DNA of 64,000 nucleotides, from positions 212,598,001 through 212,662,000 of the forward strand of contig OZ024743.1 of the NCBI GenBank assembly GCA_964016885.1, in the 5' to 3' direction. Within the stretch, counting starts at the first letter, position 1. Each line of letters opens with the position of its first letter. The position numbers and the translations under genes were made by a program. The DNA is from Eledone cirrhosa. Taxonomy: Eukaryota. Under the pieces are notes generated by a model. The model was not told the DNA's origin and ran no database searches. It saw nothing but the letters and a program-made list of their open reading frames with translations. Shown here piece by piece: positions 14,765-28,200 of the stretch.

Positions 14765-15721
14765 ACTAGACATGAAAAATGCGCAAGCTCAAAAGTGCCA
14801 CAGAATGTTATAATAAACCTTCAAAAGTGTGGGACTAGAGTTGTTGCTAAAAAATATTGTAATCATTATATATCGTACATTCTGTGGCATCCTTTATAAA
14901 AATAGCTTAAACCAACGAAGCCTTTATTTTTACGCTATTTCACTTAGTTAATTCTTAGAGTGTAACATATAAAAATAAATATATCTATGTTTAATGTAAT
15001 AACAGCTATAAATAATTACGTAATATTATTATCATATACTCATAGTAACAAAATAATTGTGTTGAAACTTAATATGATGCTTATATGAACGATCAAATCT
15101 ATAATGATAATTTCTTAAATATACTAATAGTAAAATAATTTAGTTATCTATTGTTACATTTTCATAGAACTATAATATTAACAATCGTATTGCATTATCA
15201 AATTTTTATCACTACAAACTTTCATATTGGAATTACCTTAAGCCACTTATTATTACTTCGCTTTCGTACTTTTACAGCTGTAGATATTGCGCTGTATCTT
15301 ATATCTAATATCAATATCTCGTGGTAATTTGCATGAAGTGTAAAATAGGTTTATTAATAACTTTAATATGAAATGTATTATACAGGGCTGCGGAGTCGGT
15401 CAAAAATTGACTGGCTCCAACTCAGGATCCGATACTCCATTATTTCCTAAATTTCAGCTCCGCAGCTCTGTTATTATATTAATTAATTTATTTTATAGTT
15501 GTAAATCATATTTTTATATGTTACACTCTAAGAATTAACTAAGTGAAATAGCGTAAAAATAAAGGCTTCGTTGGTTTAAGCTATTTTTATAAAGGATGCC
15601 ACAGAATGTACGATATATAATGATTACAATATTTTTTAGCAACAACTCTAGTCCCACACTTTTGAAGGTTTATTATAACATTCTGTGGCACTTTTGAGCT
15701 TGCGCATTTTTCATGTCTAGT
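14765..15721. repeat. About 213-bp inverted duplication (14765-14977 / 15509-15721)
   Basis: Arms appear identical by eye; the right arm ends exactly where the PLE-derived sequence begins. Confidence 0.9.
15383..15470. mobile_element. 88-bp hAT-like MITE
   Basis: TIR cagggctgcggag / ctccgcagctctg; 8-bp TSD gtattata / ttattata. Confidence 0.8.
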
Positions 15722-16293
15722 ATGTAAAATATGTAGTTTAGAAAGCCACAACAATGCAGATGGGAAATCTCGAGGTAGGAAGTGAGTAAGAAATAGGAGA
15801 AAAGTGAAAATGAGAGAAACGAAAACAAAACAAAGGTAGAAGGATTACCGTAGTGGAGATTTAATCCCAATATTTCGGGCTCACGCCCATCAACGGGGGG
15901 GGGGGGGAAGCTCCAAAAGGGGGGGGGGCAGGCTAAGCCAGAGAAAGTTGTTGTATTGTCAACCGAGTTTGGCACGATTCTCCGATAGTCTGAATAAGTC
16001 CCTTATGGGTGCAAACAAGTCCTGGCTCAGGTGTAATGATAAGAGGGTGTTAAAGTTTGCTTGAAGCATTGTGAAATATGTAAAATATGTAGTTTAGAAA
16101 GCCACAACAATGCAGATGGGAAATCTCGAGGTAGGAAGTGAGTAAGAAATAGGAGAAAAGTGAAAATGAGAGAAACGAAAACAAAACAAAGGTAGAAGGA
16201 TTACCGTAGTGGAGATTTAATCCCAATATTTCGGGCTCACGCCCATCAACGGGGGGAAAGTTCCATCCTCTGTGCCTGAGGTATCTGTCAGCT

Positions 16294-16298
<5 letters not shown>
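15721..16298 (-). mobile_element. Partial-tandem PLE pseudo-LTRs (period 356 bp) with a probable ORF N-terminus between them
   Basis: 15721-15900 matches 16077-16256. HHR-like motifs at 15866-15899 and 16222-16255. The minus frame from about 16069 reads [35 protein letters not shown]. Confidence 0.75.
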
Positions 16299-16354
<56 letters not shown>

Positions 16355-16355
<1 letters not shown>

Positions 16356-19300
16356 CGACCTTATATTGAAAGAACTAAGGAAAAAGTACAAGGTAGCAAG
16401 TAAGGACGAACTTGAAAAACTGAATACAGATGCATCTTCTATAATGCATGAATTAGACATTGAGAATAAAACACAACCCTTCATGCTTAGGAAACCCAAG
16501 ATCAATATGAAGGATCACAAAAGAAACTTTGAAAATGATTTACCAGTCAGATTAATTGCACCATCTAAATCTGACCTGGGAAAACTTAGCAAAAATATTC
16601 TAGACAGGGTAATACAACAAATTATAAACTTACCTAATTTATCTTACTTAAAATTATGGAAAGGGACTAGTGAGGTTATTGATTGGTTTAAAGAAATTAA
16701 ATATAACTATAATAATAAGTTTATTCAGCTGGATATTGCTAACTACTATTCATCTATCACTCCTAATCTACTGAATAAGGCACTAAATTACGCATTTAAA
16801 CATACTGACCTAACTAGCAATGAAATGCACATTATATTATCGGCAAGGAAAACATTGATAGAATTTAATAACCAACTCTGGACTAGGGCAGATAGAAATA
16901 ATAATTTCGACATAACTATGGGATCATCAGGCTCAGCTCAGGTAACGGACCTTGTGGGCCTATTTATAATTAATTCGCTACATAGAAAAATACTAGGTGT
17001 AACCGGAGGATTATATCGTGATGACATGCTTTTACTTATAGAAAATAATAGCTGTGAACTAAATAGAAAAAGAAAACAAATTATACAATTTTTTAATTAC
17101 CTTAATCTAAAAATAGAAATAGAGAATAACCATAGAATAGTCAATTTTCTTGATGTAACACTAAATCTCAACACATGTCTTCATTATCCATTTCACAAAC
17201 TAAATGAGAACTCTAATCACCCCAGATCTGTTAAAAATACTACAGTGAACTCTGTTCAAGAACGAATTTCAAGAATTTCATCTAATAAAAATATATTTGA
17301 TGAAAAAGCGCAGTATTACAACGAAGCGTTAGGTAGAGCTGGATATAGAAATAAAATTAAATACATCGATAATAATAATAATAAGCAAACTAACCAAAAT
17401 AATAACAATTTCAATTACGGTAACAACTTTAACAACTATAATAGAAAACATTACAATAATTCCAAAAGCCGAAAAAGAAATAGAACTAGAAATATATTAT
17501 GGTTTGCTCCCCCTTTCTCACTAAATATTAAAACCCCTATTGCTAAACTATTCTTTAAAGCTCTTGACAAACGCTTCCCTAGAACACATAAATATTACTC
17601 AATTTTTAATAGACACACTATAAAATTAACTTACTCGTCCACCAAAAATTTAGCACAAAATATTAATAGAATTAATAATAGGAATTTAAAACCTAACCAA
17701 AATACCAATAATAACCCAAACAATATTCAATTAAATAACTGTAACTGTAGAAATAAATCTAACTGTCCGTTAAATAACAACTGCTTAGCTAAAAATGTAG
17801 TGTACAATTGTAATGTTAAAACTAATTTAAATTAATTTAACTATGTTGGTTCCACCTCTACAGAATTTAAATTTCGCTTCAATAATCATAAGAATTCTTT
17901 CACAGATCCAAACAAAAAATCTTCAACTTCGCTATCTAGCCTACTATGGGACCTAAAACGAGATAATATTAAATATTCGATGAATTGGAATATTATTTCA
18001 AAGCTACTCCTTTTAATTCCTCTTCAGAAAATTGTGATCTTTGTATTAAAGTCCAAAAATTCCCTTAATTTAAGGAACAATTTATTCAGTTGCTGTAGAC
18101 ATAGATTGAACTCAACGTTTAAATATAAATATAAATTTAAAATGTAGTATAATTAATTAAGTAATTTAGTTAATATATGAAACCTGTCGATAAATCATTA
18201 GATTCCTTCACCTTTTTCTTTTTAAACTTTCTTCCTAAATATAAACATGGATATAATAAACTACTCTAAAATGTCTATACTTCCAATGTATTAAATAAAA
18301 TATACGTAAGATAAATTTCTATACTAAATATAAGGTTATCTGTAGAATCATTGGGTTTTTTAAATCTTTTAAATTATTTTTATTTATTTGTTTTGATTCT
18401 GATAGCTTCTCATAACTTTCATAAGTCTACCCTTTCAATATCTTGATTGAGATATACGTAGGATAGATTTCTATACTAAATATATAAAACATATTATTTT
18501 AACTTAAGATACTCTATAGTGTTTTAAAGATATTTAATGCTTTGATATTTCTAGATTTCTTTTGACTATACTGATATAGTTGTATTTCCAAAATATATTC
18601 CTTTGGTATTTTAAATTTATATTGTTATAGTTTTACAAGTTATAATGCTTTAGTAATATATTGATATTTGATTATCTCTATACAAATGCATATGTGTGTA
18701 TTAACATGCATATAAAGTGTTATAGGTTTTTTGTGTTTGTATATATGTCTGTATATATACATGAGTGAGGCGGGAGAACGCACGCAAATATTTATTTATA
18801 CATATGTATGTGTATATATGTATGTATATATATCTATGTGGGTGAGAGGTATGTTTCAGATATGCATAATATTAAATACATGAATGGTAATCGTATATAT
18901 GAGGACATGAATATTAATCGTATATATTTATGTATATATACTGTGAACTTTTTATAACACAAGGAATGTATAGCAGTGATTAAGAGAAATCATTTACGTT
19001 TTGTATGGCTATATTGTTGGCTTGAGTAAACATAATTTCTATTTTCAGGACGTGCGTATGTGTATATATATATATACATATATATTTGTATGTCTTTGCA
19101 TAATATACTGATCTCTATAGCAAGGGTACATTTTGAACGATTTAACTCAGATTTTGGTATATTGATCTCAAGTTTTTAAACTAAACATATAGTCATTATT
19201 GAACAATGTTTAATTTCTCATATTATATATCTATGTCCCATTCATGAATATTGATATTTATATTTTTATTATTCATTTCATATAAATTGTTAATTCAATT

Positions 19301-19804
19301 TAATATGACATGACGTAAAGTTTTCATTGTCTCCCCCTCTCTCTATATAATATTTCTCTCTCTTGAGTTTTTCTATCTGTAAGATGACTTGATATCTGTC
19401 TGTTGCTTTCCTTTGTTTTTCTTATTTCTTCCTTTTTTCTTTCTTTTTTATTTCCTCCTATCTTTATTTATCTCTTTCTTTTCTCCATACATTTCTCTCT
19501 CTCTCCAATATTTCTCCAGGTTTTCTTTCTCTCTCTCCGTCTTTTTTCTTTTTTTCTTTCTCTCCATCTTTTTCTAATTGTGCTTAACACTATGACTTAT
19601 TAAAATAATATAAACAAATCACTATCCAGACAGCTTCCAAAAGTAATGGTTGCATTTTAAAAGGCTACGTCAAAGCTATTTGTAAAACTGTTATATGTTG
19701 TATTTTGTCTGACGAAGGCATACCATAATTTAATGTGGTATCCCTGAAATATGTATAATGAAATAAATATGGTTTTATAAATATAGTTTCCATTTATTAA
19801 TATC

Positions 19805-19806
<2 letters not shown>
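16355..19806 (+). mobile_element. Penelope-like element family A, 5'-truncated: RT ORF 16366-17835, disrupted GIY-YIG to about 18100, long AT-rich 3' UTR
   Basis: PVRLI, QLDIANYYSSI, FDITMGS, LYRDD, VNFLDV, CNCRNKSNCPL..C..KNVVY. After the in-frame stop the frame continues FNYVGSTSTEFKFRFNNHK. Confidence 0.93.
19701..19765 (+). ncRNA. Type I hammerhead, family A (CUGACGA)
   Basis: Same stems as the 2855 copy; N7 = C. Confidence 0.85.
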
Positions 19807-20555
<749 letters not shown>

Positions 20556-20597
20556 ACGATATTAAATAAATGGAAACTATATTTATAAAACCATATT

Positions 20598-20663
20598 TAT
20601 TTCATTATATATATTTCAGGGATATCATATTAAAAATATGGTATGCCTTCTTCAGACAAAATA
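20598..20663 (-). ncRNA. Type I hammerhead, family A (CUGAAGA), in an inverted terminal fragment at about 20556-20705
   Basis: uauuuugu CUGAAGA aggcauac...auaucccu GAAA uauaua UA augaaaua. Confidence 0.8.
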
Positions 20664-20815
20664 CAATATAAACAGTCTTATAAATAGATAGATTTGACAT
20701 ACCTTTCAACTTCAACTTCCATTTGAAGAGCTCAATGTAATCCGAATATCATGAAAAGAGAAGATGTATTCAAACATTTTTTTTCCGATGAAAAATACAG
20801 AAACCAGAGTCAAAA

Positions 20816-21198
20816 TAAATTAATGAAATTAATGAATAAAAACAAAGAAACAGTTCCTTATATTAAAAAATTCATCATTTTACGATCGTTTCGAGGATAT
20901 ATATGTTTGTGTTGGTATGTATATCATATAGATCTATGTAAAATGTTTACAAACTATCAGAGGGAATATATATACCTACACATATATATGCTGTCTTCAG
21001 AAATATTTATTTCTGAAGACAGCATATATATGTGTAGGTATGTATATTCCCTCTGATAGTTTGTAAACATTTTACATAGATCTATATGATATACATACCA
21101 ACACAAACATATATATCCTCGAAACGATCGTAAAATGATGAATTTTTTAATATAAGGAACTGTTTCTTTGTTTTTGTTCATTATTTTCATTAATTTAA
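20816..21198. repeat. About 190-bp-arm palindrome made of two family B hammerheads (20873-21005 minus, 21008-21140 plus)
   Basis: Centre cagaaata-tt-tatttctg. Each arm reads auuu CUGAAGA [about 100 nt] GAAA CGAUCG UA aaaugaug. Confidence 0.85.
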
Positions 21199-21223
21199 TA
21201 TATATAAACATATATATATATAT

Positions 21224-22262
21224 AAGGAGGAGGTTATAGTTCACTTGAAGCATTGTGTAATGAGGTATAAACGTTTGAATATGTGCAATAAGGCCAAAAC
21301 AATGCAGGTATGGACATAGAAAAAAGAATGCAATAGTAAAAGAATTCGTCTTTCAACTTGAATTTATTTAAATGTCCTTAATTTTCGAGATAATATCTCT
21401 TCTTCGGAGGGAAATAAAGGTCTCAGACCAGCGTCTTAAATCTCTAGCCAAGCCATGCTGACCGGAAATAGTATAGAGTATCTGTTCTAACTCTAATATC
21501 AAAGAATTAAAATTAGGTGGATAAAGAGTAGTCTCCCTTTAAGAGGGGTTTGTTTAGGGTTTATTTATTTATTTATTTATTTTTTTTTTTTTAAATTTTA
21601 TATACGTGCCTGTATATGTGTGTGGGAGAAGGTATGTGGGTGTGTGTGTGTGAGTGTGGGAAGATAGGTCTAATCGTAAAAGTGGGGGGTAGGTGTTATC
21701 TGGTGTTAGAACTGGTTTTGTGTGTGTATGTGTGAGAGAGAATAAGTGGAGGTGTAAGCGTGTGTGTGTGTGCGCGTGCGTGTGTGTGGGGTGTGTAAAT
21801 ATGGGGCTAGAGGCCCTATCAGGTTATAAATTGGGTGTTGAGCTCTAGTCTATTATTGATTGGTGGATGTGTTTTATCTATAATAAGTGCTTCCTTAGTT
21901 CTAAGATTGCCGAGGTTTCTTTCCTTAGTTTCTATCTTAACTGTTATGTTTTTATCGGTGTTTTTGCATTTAACTAGGTGTTTCTTAAATGAGGAAGCGT
22001 TAGTATTGAGGTGTTCTTTTATTCTTATGTGGAGTGGTCTGGTGGTGCTACCTACGTAGAAGTTGTTGCATTTGTCACACTCTAGTCTGTATACTATGTA
22101 AGCCTGGTGGCATAGGTCTGTGTCGTTGATGGGGCAGTTGGCTAGTCTGCAGCAGTTGTCATGTCTGGTGGAGTGTCTCTTGGCCAGCCGTCCGCTTAGA
22201 GAAGGACCCGAATGGGCCAGTTGGATATCCAGTCCCTCTCGTCTGATGGCTCTGCGGATGAC
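21224..22262 (-). mobile_element. 5'-truncated PLE: GIY-YIG remnant (21819-22262) plus 3' UTR; relative of the 6055 element
   Basis: Manual translation IRRAIRREGLDIQLAHSGPSL...YIVYRLECDKCNNFYVGSTTRPLHIRIKEH...TKEALII..INNRLE. Terminus cacaatgcttcaag... at (TA)n. Confidence 0.9.
21376..21410 (-). ncRNA. Hammerhead-like motif (U4->C, one extra nt)
   Basis: ccu CCGAAGA a gagau-auu-aucuc GAAA au UA agg, at the same position relative to the GIY-YIG stop as the 7011 motif. Confidence 0.55.
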
Positions 22263-22298
22263 TGAAGTGAAGAAACAACAACAGCTATCCGCAGAGCC

Positions 22299-25200
22299 AT
22301 AGATGGTTGAGACAGTAGAGTGGTCTATAGATGGTTGAAACAGTAGAGTGGTCTATAGATGGTTGAGACAATAGAGTGGCCTATAGATGGTTGAAGTAGT
22401 AGAGTGGTCTATAGATGGTTGAAGTAGTAGAGTGGTCTATAGATGGTTGAGACAATAGAGTAGTCTATAGATGGTTGTAGTAGTAGAGGGTCTATAGATG
22501 GTTGAAATAGTAGAGTGGTCTATAGATCGTTGAGACAATAGATTGGTCTATAGATGGTTGAAGTATTAGAGTGGTCTATAGATGGTTGAGACAGTAGAGT
22601 GGTTTATAGATGGTTGAAGTATTAGAGTGGTCTATAGATGGTTGAGACAGTAGAGTGGTTTATAGATGGTTGAAGTAGTATAGTGGTCTATAGATGGTTG
22701 AAGTAGTAGAGTGGTCTATAGATGGTTGAGACAATAGAGTAGTCTATAGATGGTTGAGATAATAGAGTGGTCTATAGACGGTTGAGACAATAGAGTGGTC
22801 TATAGATGGTTGTGACAGTAGAGTGATCTATAGATGAGTGAGACAGTAGAGTGGTCTATAGATGGTTGAGACAATAGAGTGGTCTATAGATGGTTGAGAC
22901 AATAGAGTGGTCTATAAATGGTTGAGACAGTAGAGTGGTCTATAGATGGTTGAGACAGTAGAGTGGTCTATAGATGGTTGAAGTAGTAGAGTGGTCAATA
23001 GATGGTTGAAGTAGTAGAGAGGTCTATAGATGGTTGAGACAATAGAGTGGTCTATAGATGGTTTAGACAGTAGAGTGGTCTATAGATAGCTGAAACAGTG
23101 TAGTGGTCTATAGATGGTTGAAGTAGTAGAGTGGTCTATAGATGATTGAGACAATAGAGAGGTCTATAGATGGATGGTTAAGACAGTAGAGTGGTCTATA
23201 GATGTTTGAGACAATAGAGTGGTCTATAGATTGTTGAGACAATAGAGTGGTCTATAGATGGTTGAAGTAGTAGAGTGATCTATAGATGGTTGAAGTAGTA
23301 GAGTGGTCTATAGATGGTTGAGACAGTAGAGTGGTCTCTAGATGGTTGAAGTAGTAGAGTGGTCTATAGATATCTGAGACAGTAGAGTGGTCTATAGATG
23401 GTTGAGACAGTAGAGTGGTCTATAGATGGTTGAGACAGTAGAGTGGTCTATAGATGGTTGAGACAGTAGAGGGGTCTATAGATGGTTGAGGCAGAAGAGT
23501 GGTCTATAGATGGTTGAAGTAGTAGAGTGGTCTATAGATGTTTGAGACAATAGAGTAGTCTATAGATGGTTGAGACGATAGAGTGGTCTATAGATGGTTG
23601 AAGTAGTAGAGTGGTCTATAGATGATTGAGACAGTAGAGTGGTCTATAGATGGTTGAGACAATAGAGTGGGCTATAGATGGTTGAGACAGTAGAGTGGTC
23701 TATAGATGGTTGAGACAGTAGAGTGGTCTAGAGATGGCTGAGACAGTAGAGTGGTCTACAGATGGTTGAGACTATAGAGTGGTATATAAATGGTTGAGAC
23801 AGTAGAGTGGTTTATAGATGGTTGAAGTAGTAGAGTGGTCTATAGATGGTTGAAGTAGTAGAGTGTTCTATAGATGGTTCAGACAATAGAGTGGTCTATA
23901 GATATCTGAGACAGTAGAGTGGTCTATAGATGGTTGAGACAGTAGAGGGGTCTATAGATGGTTGAGACAGTAGAGTGGTCTATAGATGGCTGAGACAGTA
24001 GAGTGGTCTATATATGGTTGAGACAGTAGAGTGGTCTATAGATAGCTGAGACATTAGAGTGGTCTATAGATGATTAAGACAATAGAGTGGTCTATAGATG
24101 GTTGAAGTAGTAGAGTGTTCTATAGATGGTGGAGACAATAGTGTGGTCTATAGATGATTGAGACAGTAGAGTGATCTATAGATGGTTGAAGTAGTAGAGT
24201 GGTCTATAGATATCTGAGACATTAGAGTGGTCTATAGATGGTTGAGACAGTAGAGTTGTCTATAGATGGTTGAGACAGTAGAGTGGTCTATAGATGGTTG
24301 AGACAGTAGAGTTGTCTATAGATGGTTGAGACAGTAGAGTGGTCTATAGATGGTTGAGACAGTAGAGTGGTCTATAGATGGTTGAGACAGTAGTGTGGTC
24401 TATAGATGGTTGAGACAATAGAGTGGTCTATAGATGGTTGAAGTAATAGAGTGGTCTATAGATATCTGAGACAGTAGAGTGTTCTATAGATGGTTGAGAC
24501 AGTAGAGTGGTCTATAGATGGTTGAGACAGTAGAGTGGTCTATAGATGGTTGAGACAGAAGAGTGGTCTATATATGGTTGAGACAGTAGAGTGGTCTATA
24601 GATGGTTGAGACAGTAGAGTGGTCTATAGATGGTTGAGACAATAGAGAGGTCTATAGATGGTTGAGACAATAGAGTGGTCTATAGATGGTTGAGACAATA
24701 GAGTGGTCTATAGATGCTTGAAGTAGTAGAGTGGTCTATAGATGGTTGAGACAATAGAGTGGTCTATAGATGATTGAGACAGTAGAGTGATCTATAGATG
24801 GTTGAAGTAGTAGAGTGGTCTATAGATATCTGAGACATTAGAGTGGTCTATAGATGGTTGAGACAGTAGAGTTGTCTATAGATGGTTGAGACAGTAGAGT
24901 GGTCTATAGATGGTTGAGACAGTAGAGTGGTCTATAGATGGTTGAGACAGTAGAGTGGTCTATAGATGGTTGAGACAGTAGAGTGGTCTATAGATGGTTG
25001 AGACAGTAGTGTGGTCTATAGATGGTTGAGACAATAGAGTGGTCTATAGATGGTTGAAGTAATAGAGTGGTCTATAGATATCTGAGACAGTAGAGTGTTC
25101 TATAGATGGTTGAGACAGAAGAGTGGTCTATAGATGGTTGAGACAGTAGAGTGGTCTATAGATGGTTGAGACAGAAGAGTGGTCTATATATGGTTGAGAC

Positions 25201-28200
25201 AGTAGAGTGGTCTATAGATGGTTGAGACAGTAGAGTGGTCTAGAGATGGTTGAGACAATAGAGAGGTCTATAGATGGTTGAGACAATAGAGTGGTCTATA
25301 GATGGTTGAGACAATAGAGTGGTCTATAGATGCTTGAAGTAGTAGAGTGGTCTATAGATGGTTGAGACAATAGAGTAGTCTATAGATGGTTGAGACAGTA
25401 GAGTGGTCTATAGATGGTTGAGACAATAGAGTGGTCTATAGATGGTTGAGACAGTAGAGTGGTCTATAGATGGCTGAGACAATAGAGTGGTCTATAGATG
25501 GTTGAGACAGTAGAGTGGTCTATAGATAGCTGAGACAGTAGAGTGGTCTATAGATGGTTGAAGTAGTAGAGTGGTCTATAGATGGTTGAGACAGTAGAGT
25601 GGTCTATATATGGTTGAAGTAATAGAGTGGTCTATAGATCGTTGAGACAATACATTTGTCTATAGATGGTTGAAGTATTAGAGTGTGTCTATAGATGGTT
25701 GAGACAATAGAGTGGTCTATAGACGGTTGAGACAATAGAGTGGTCTATAGATGGTTGAGACAATAGAGTGGTCTATAGACGGTTGAGACAATAGATTGGT
25801 CTATAGATGATTGAGACAATAGAGTGGTCTATAGACGGTTGAGATAATAGAGTGGTCTATAGATGGTTGAGACAGTTGAGTGGTTTATAGATGGTTGAAG
25901 TAGTAGAGTGGTCTATAGATGGTTGAGACAATAGAGTGGTCTATAGATGGTTGAAATATTAGAGTGTGTCTATAGATGGTTGAGACAATAGAGTGGTCTA
26001 TAGATGGTTGAGACAATAGATTGCTCTATAGATGATTGAGACAATAGAGTGGTCTATAGACGGTTGAGATAATAGAGTGGTCTATAGATTGTTGTGACAG
26101 TAGAGTGATCTATAGATGATTGAGACAATAGAGTGGTCTATAGATGGTTAAGACAGTAGAGTGGTCTATAGATGGTTGAGACAGTAGAGTGGTCTATAGA
26201 TGGTTGAGACAGTAGAGTGGTCTAGAGATGGTTGAGACAATAGAGTGGTCTATAGATGGTTGAGACAATAGAGTGGTCTATAGATGGTTGAGACAATAGA
26301 GAGGTCTATAGATGGTTGAGACAATAGAGTGGTCTATAGATGGTTGAGACAATAGAGAGGTCTATAGATGGTTGAGACAATAGAGTGGTATATAGATGGT
26401 TGAGACAGTAGAGTGGTCTATAGATGGTTGAGACAGTAGAGTGGTCTAGAGATGGCTAAGACAGTAGAGTGGTCTACAGATGGTTGAGACAGTAGAGTTG
26501 TCTATAGATGGTTGAAGTAGTAGAGAGGTCTATAGATGGTTCATACAATAGAGTGGTCTATAGATGGTTGAGACAGTAGAGGGGGCTATAGATGGTTGAG
26601 ACAGTAGAGTGGTCTATAGATGCTTGAAGCAGTAGAGTGGTCTAAAGATGGTTGAGACAGTAGAGTGATCTATAGATGGTTGAAGTAGTAGAGTGGTCTA
26701 TAGATGGTTGAGACAGTAGAGTGGTCTATAGATGGTTGAGACAATAGAGTGGTCTATAGATGGTTGAGAGAGTAGAGTGGTCTATAGATGGTTGAAGTAG
26801 TAGAGTGGTCTATAGATATCTTAGACATTAGAGTGGTCTATAGATGGTTGAGACAGTAGAGTTGTCTATAGATGGTTGAGAGAGTAGAGTGGTCTATAGA
26901 TGGTTGAAGTAGTAGAGTGGTCTATAGATGCTCGAGACAGTAGAGTGGTTTATAGATGGTTGAAGTAGTATAGTGGTCTATAGATGGTGGAAGTAGTAGC
27001 GTGGTCTATAGATGGTTGAGACAATAGAGTAGTCTATAGATGTTTGAGACAATAGAGTGGTCTATAGACGGTTGAGACAATAGAGTGGTCTATAGATGGT
27101 TGAAGTAGTAGAGTGGTCAATAGATGGTTGAGACAATAGAGTGGTCTATAGATGGTTGAAGTAGTAGAGTGGTCAATAGATGGTTGAGACAATAGAGTGG
27201 TCTATAGATGGTTTAGACAGTAGAGTGGTCTATAGATAGCGGAGACAGTGTAGTGGTCTATAGATGGTTGACGTAGTAGAGTGGTCAATAGACGGTTGAG
27301 ACAATAGAGTGGTCTATAGATGGTTGAAGTAGTAGAGTGGTCAATAGATGGTTGAGACAATAGAGTGGTCTATACATGGTTTAGACAGTAGAGTGGTCTA
27401 TAGATAGCGGAGACAGTGTAGTGGTCTATAGATGGTTGAAGTAGTAGAGTGGTCTATAGATGGTTGAGACAATAGAGTAGTCTATAGATGGTTGAGACAA
27501 TAGAGTGGTCAATAGATGGTTGAAGTAGTAGAGTGGTCAATAGATGGTTGTGACAGTAGAGTGATCTATAGATGAGTGAGACAGTAGAGTGATCTATAGA
27601 TGGTTGAGACAATAGAGTGGTCTATAGATGGTTGAGACAGTAGAGTGGTCTATAGATGGTTGAAGTAGTAGAGTGGTCAATAGATGGTTGAAGTAGTAGA
27701 GAGGTCTATAGATGGTTGAGACAATAGAGTGGTCTATAGATGGTTTAGACAGTGGAGTGATCTATAGATAGCTGAGACAGTGTAGTGGTCTATAGATGGT
27801 TGAAGTAGTAGAGTGGTCTATAGATGCTTGAGACAGTAGAGTGGTCTATATATGCTTGAGACAGTAGAGTGGTCTCTAGATGGTTGTGACTATATAGTGG
27901 TCTATAGATGGTTGAGACAGTAGAGTGGTCTATAGATGGTTGATACAGTAGAGTGGTTTATATATGGATGATGTATTAGAGTGTTCTATAGATGGTTGAG
28001 ACAATAGAGTGGTCTATAGATGGTTGAAGTAATAGAGTGGTCTATAGATCGTTGAGACAATACATTTGTCTATAGATGGTTGAAGTATTAGAGTGTGTCT
28101 ATAGATGGTTGAGACAATAGAGTGGTCTATAGACGGTTGAGACAATAGAGTGGTCTATAGATGGTTGAGACAATAGAGTGGTCTATAGACGGTTGAGACA

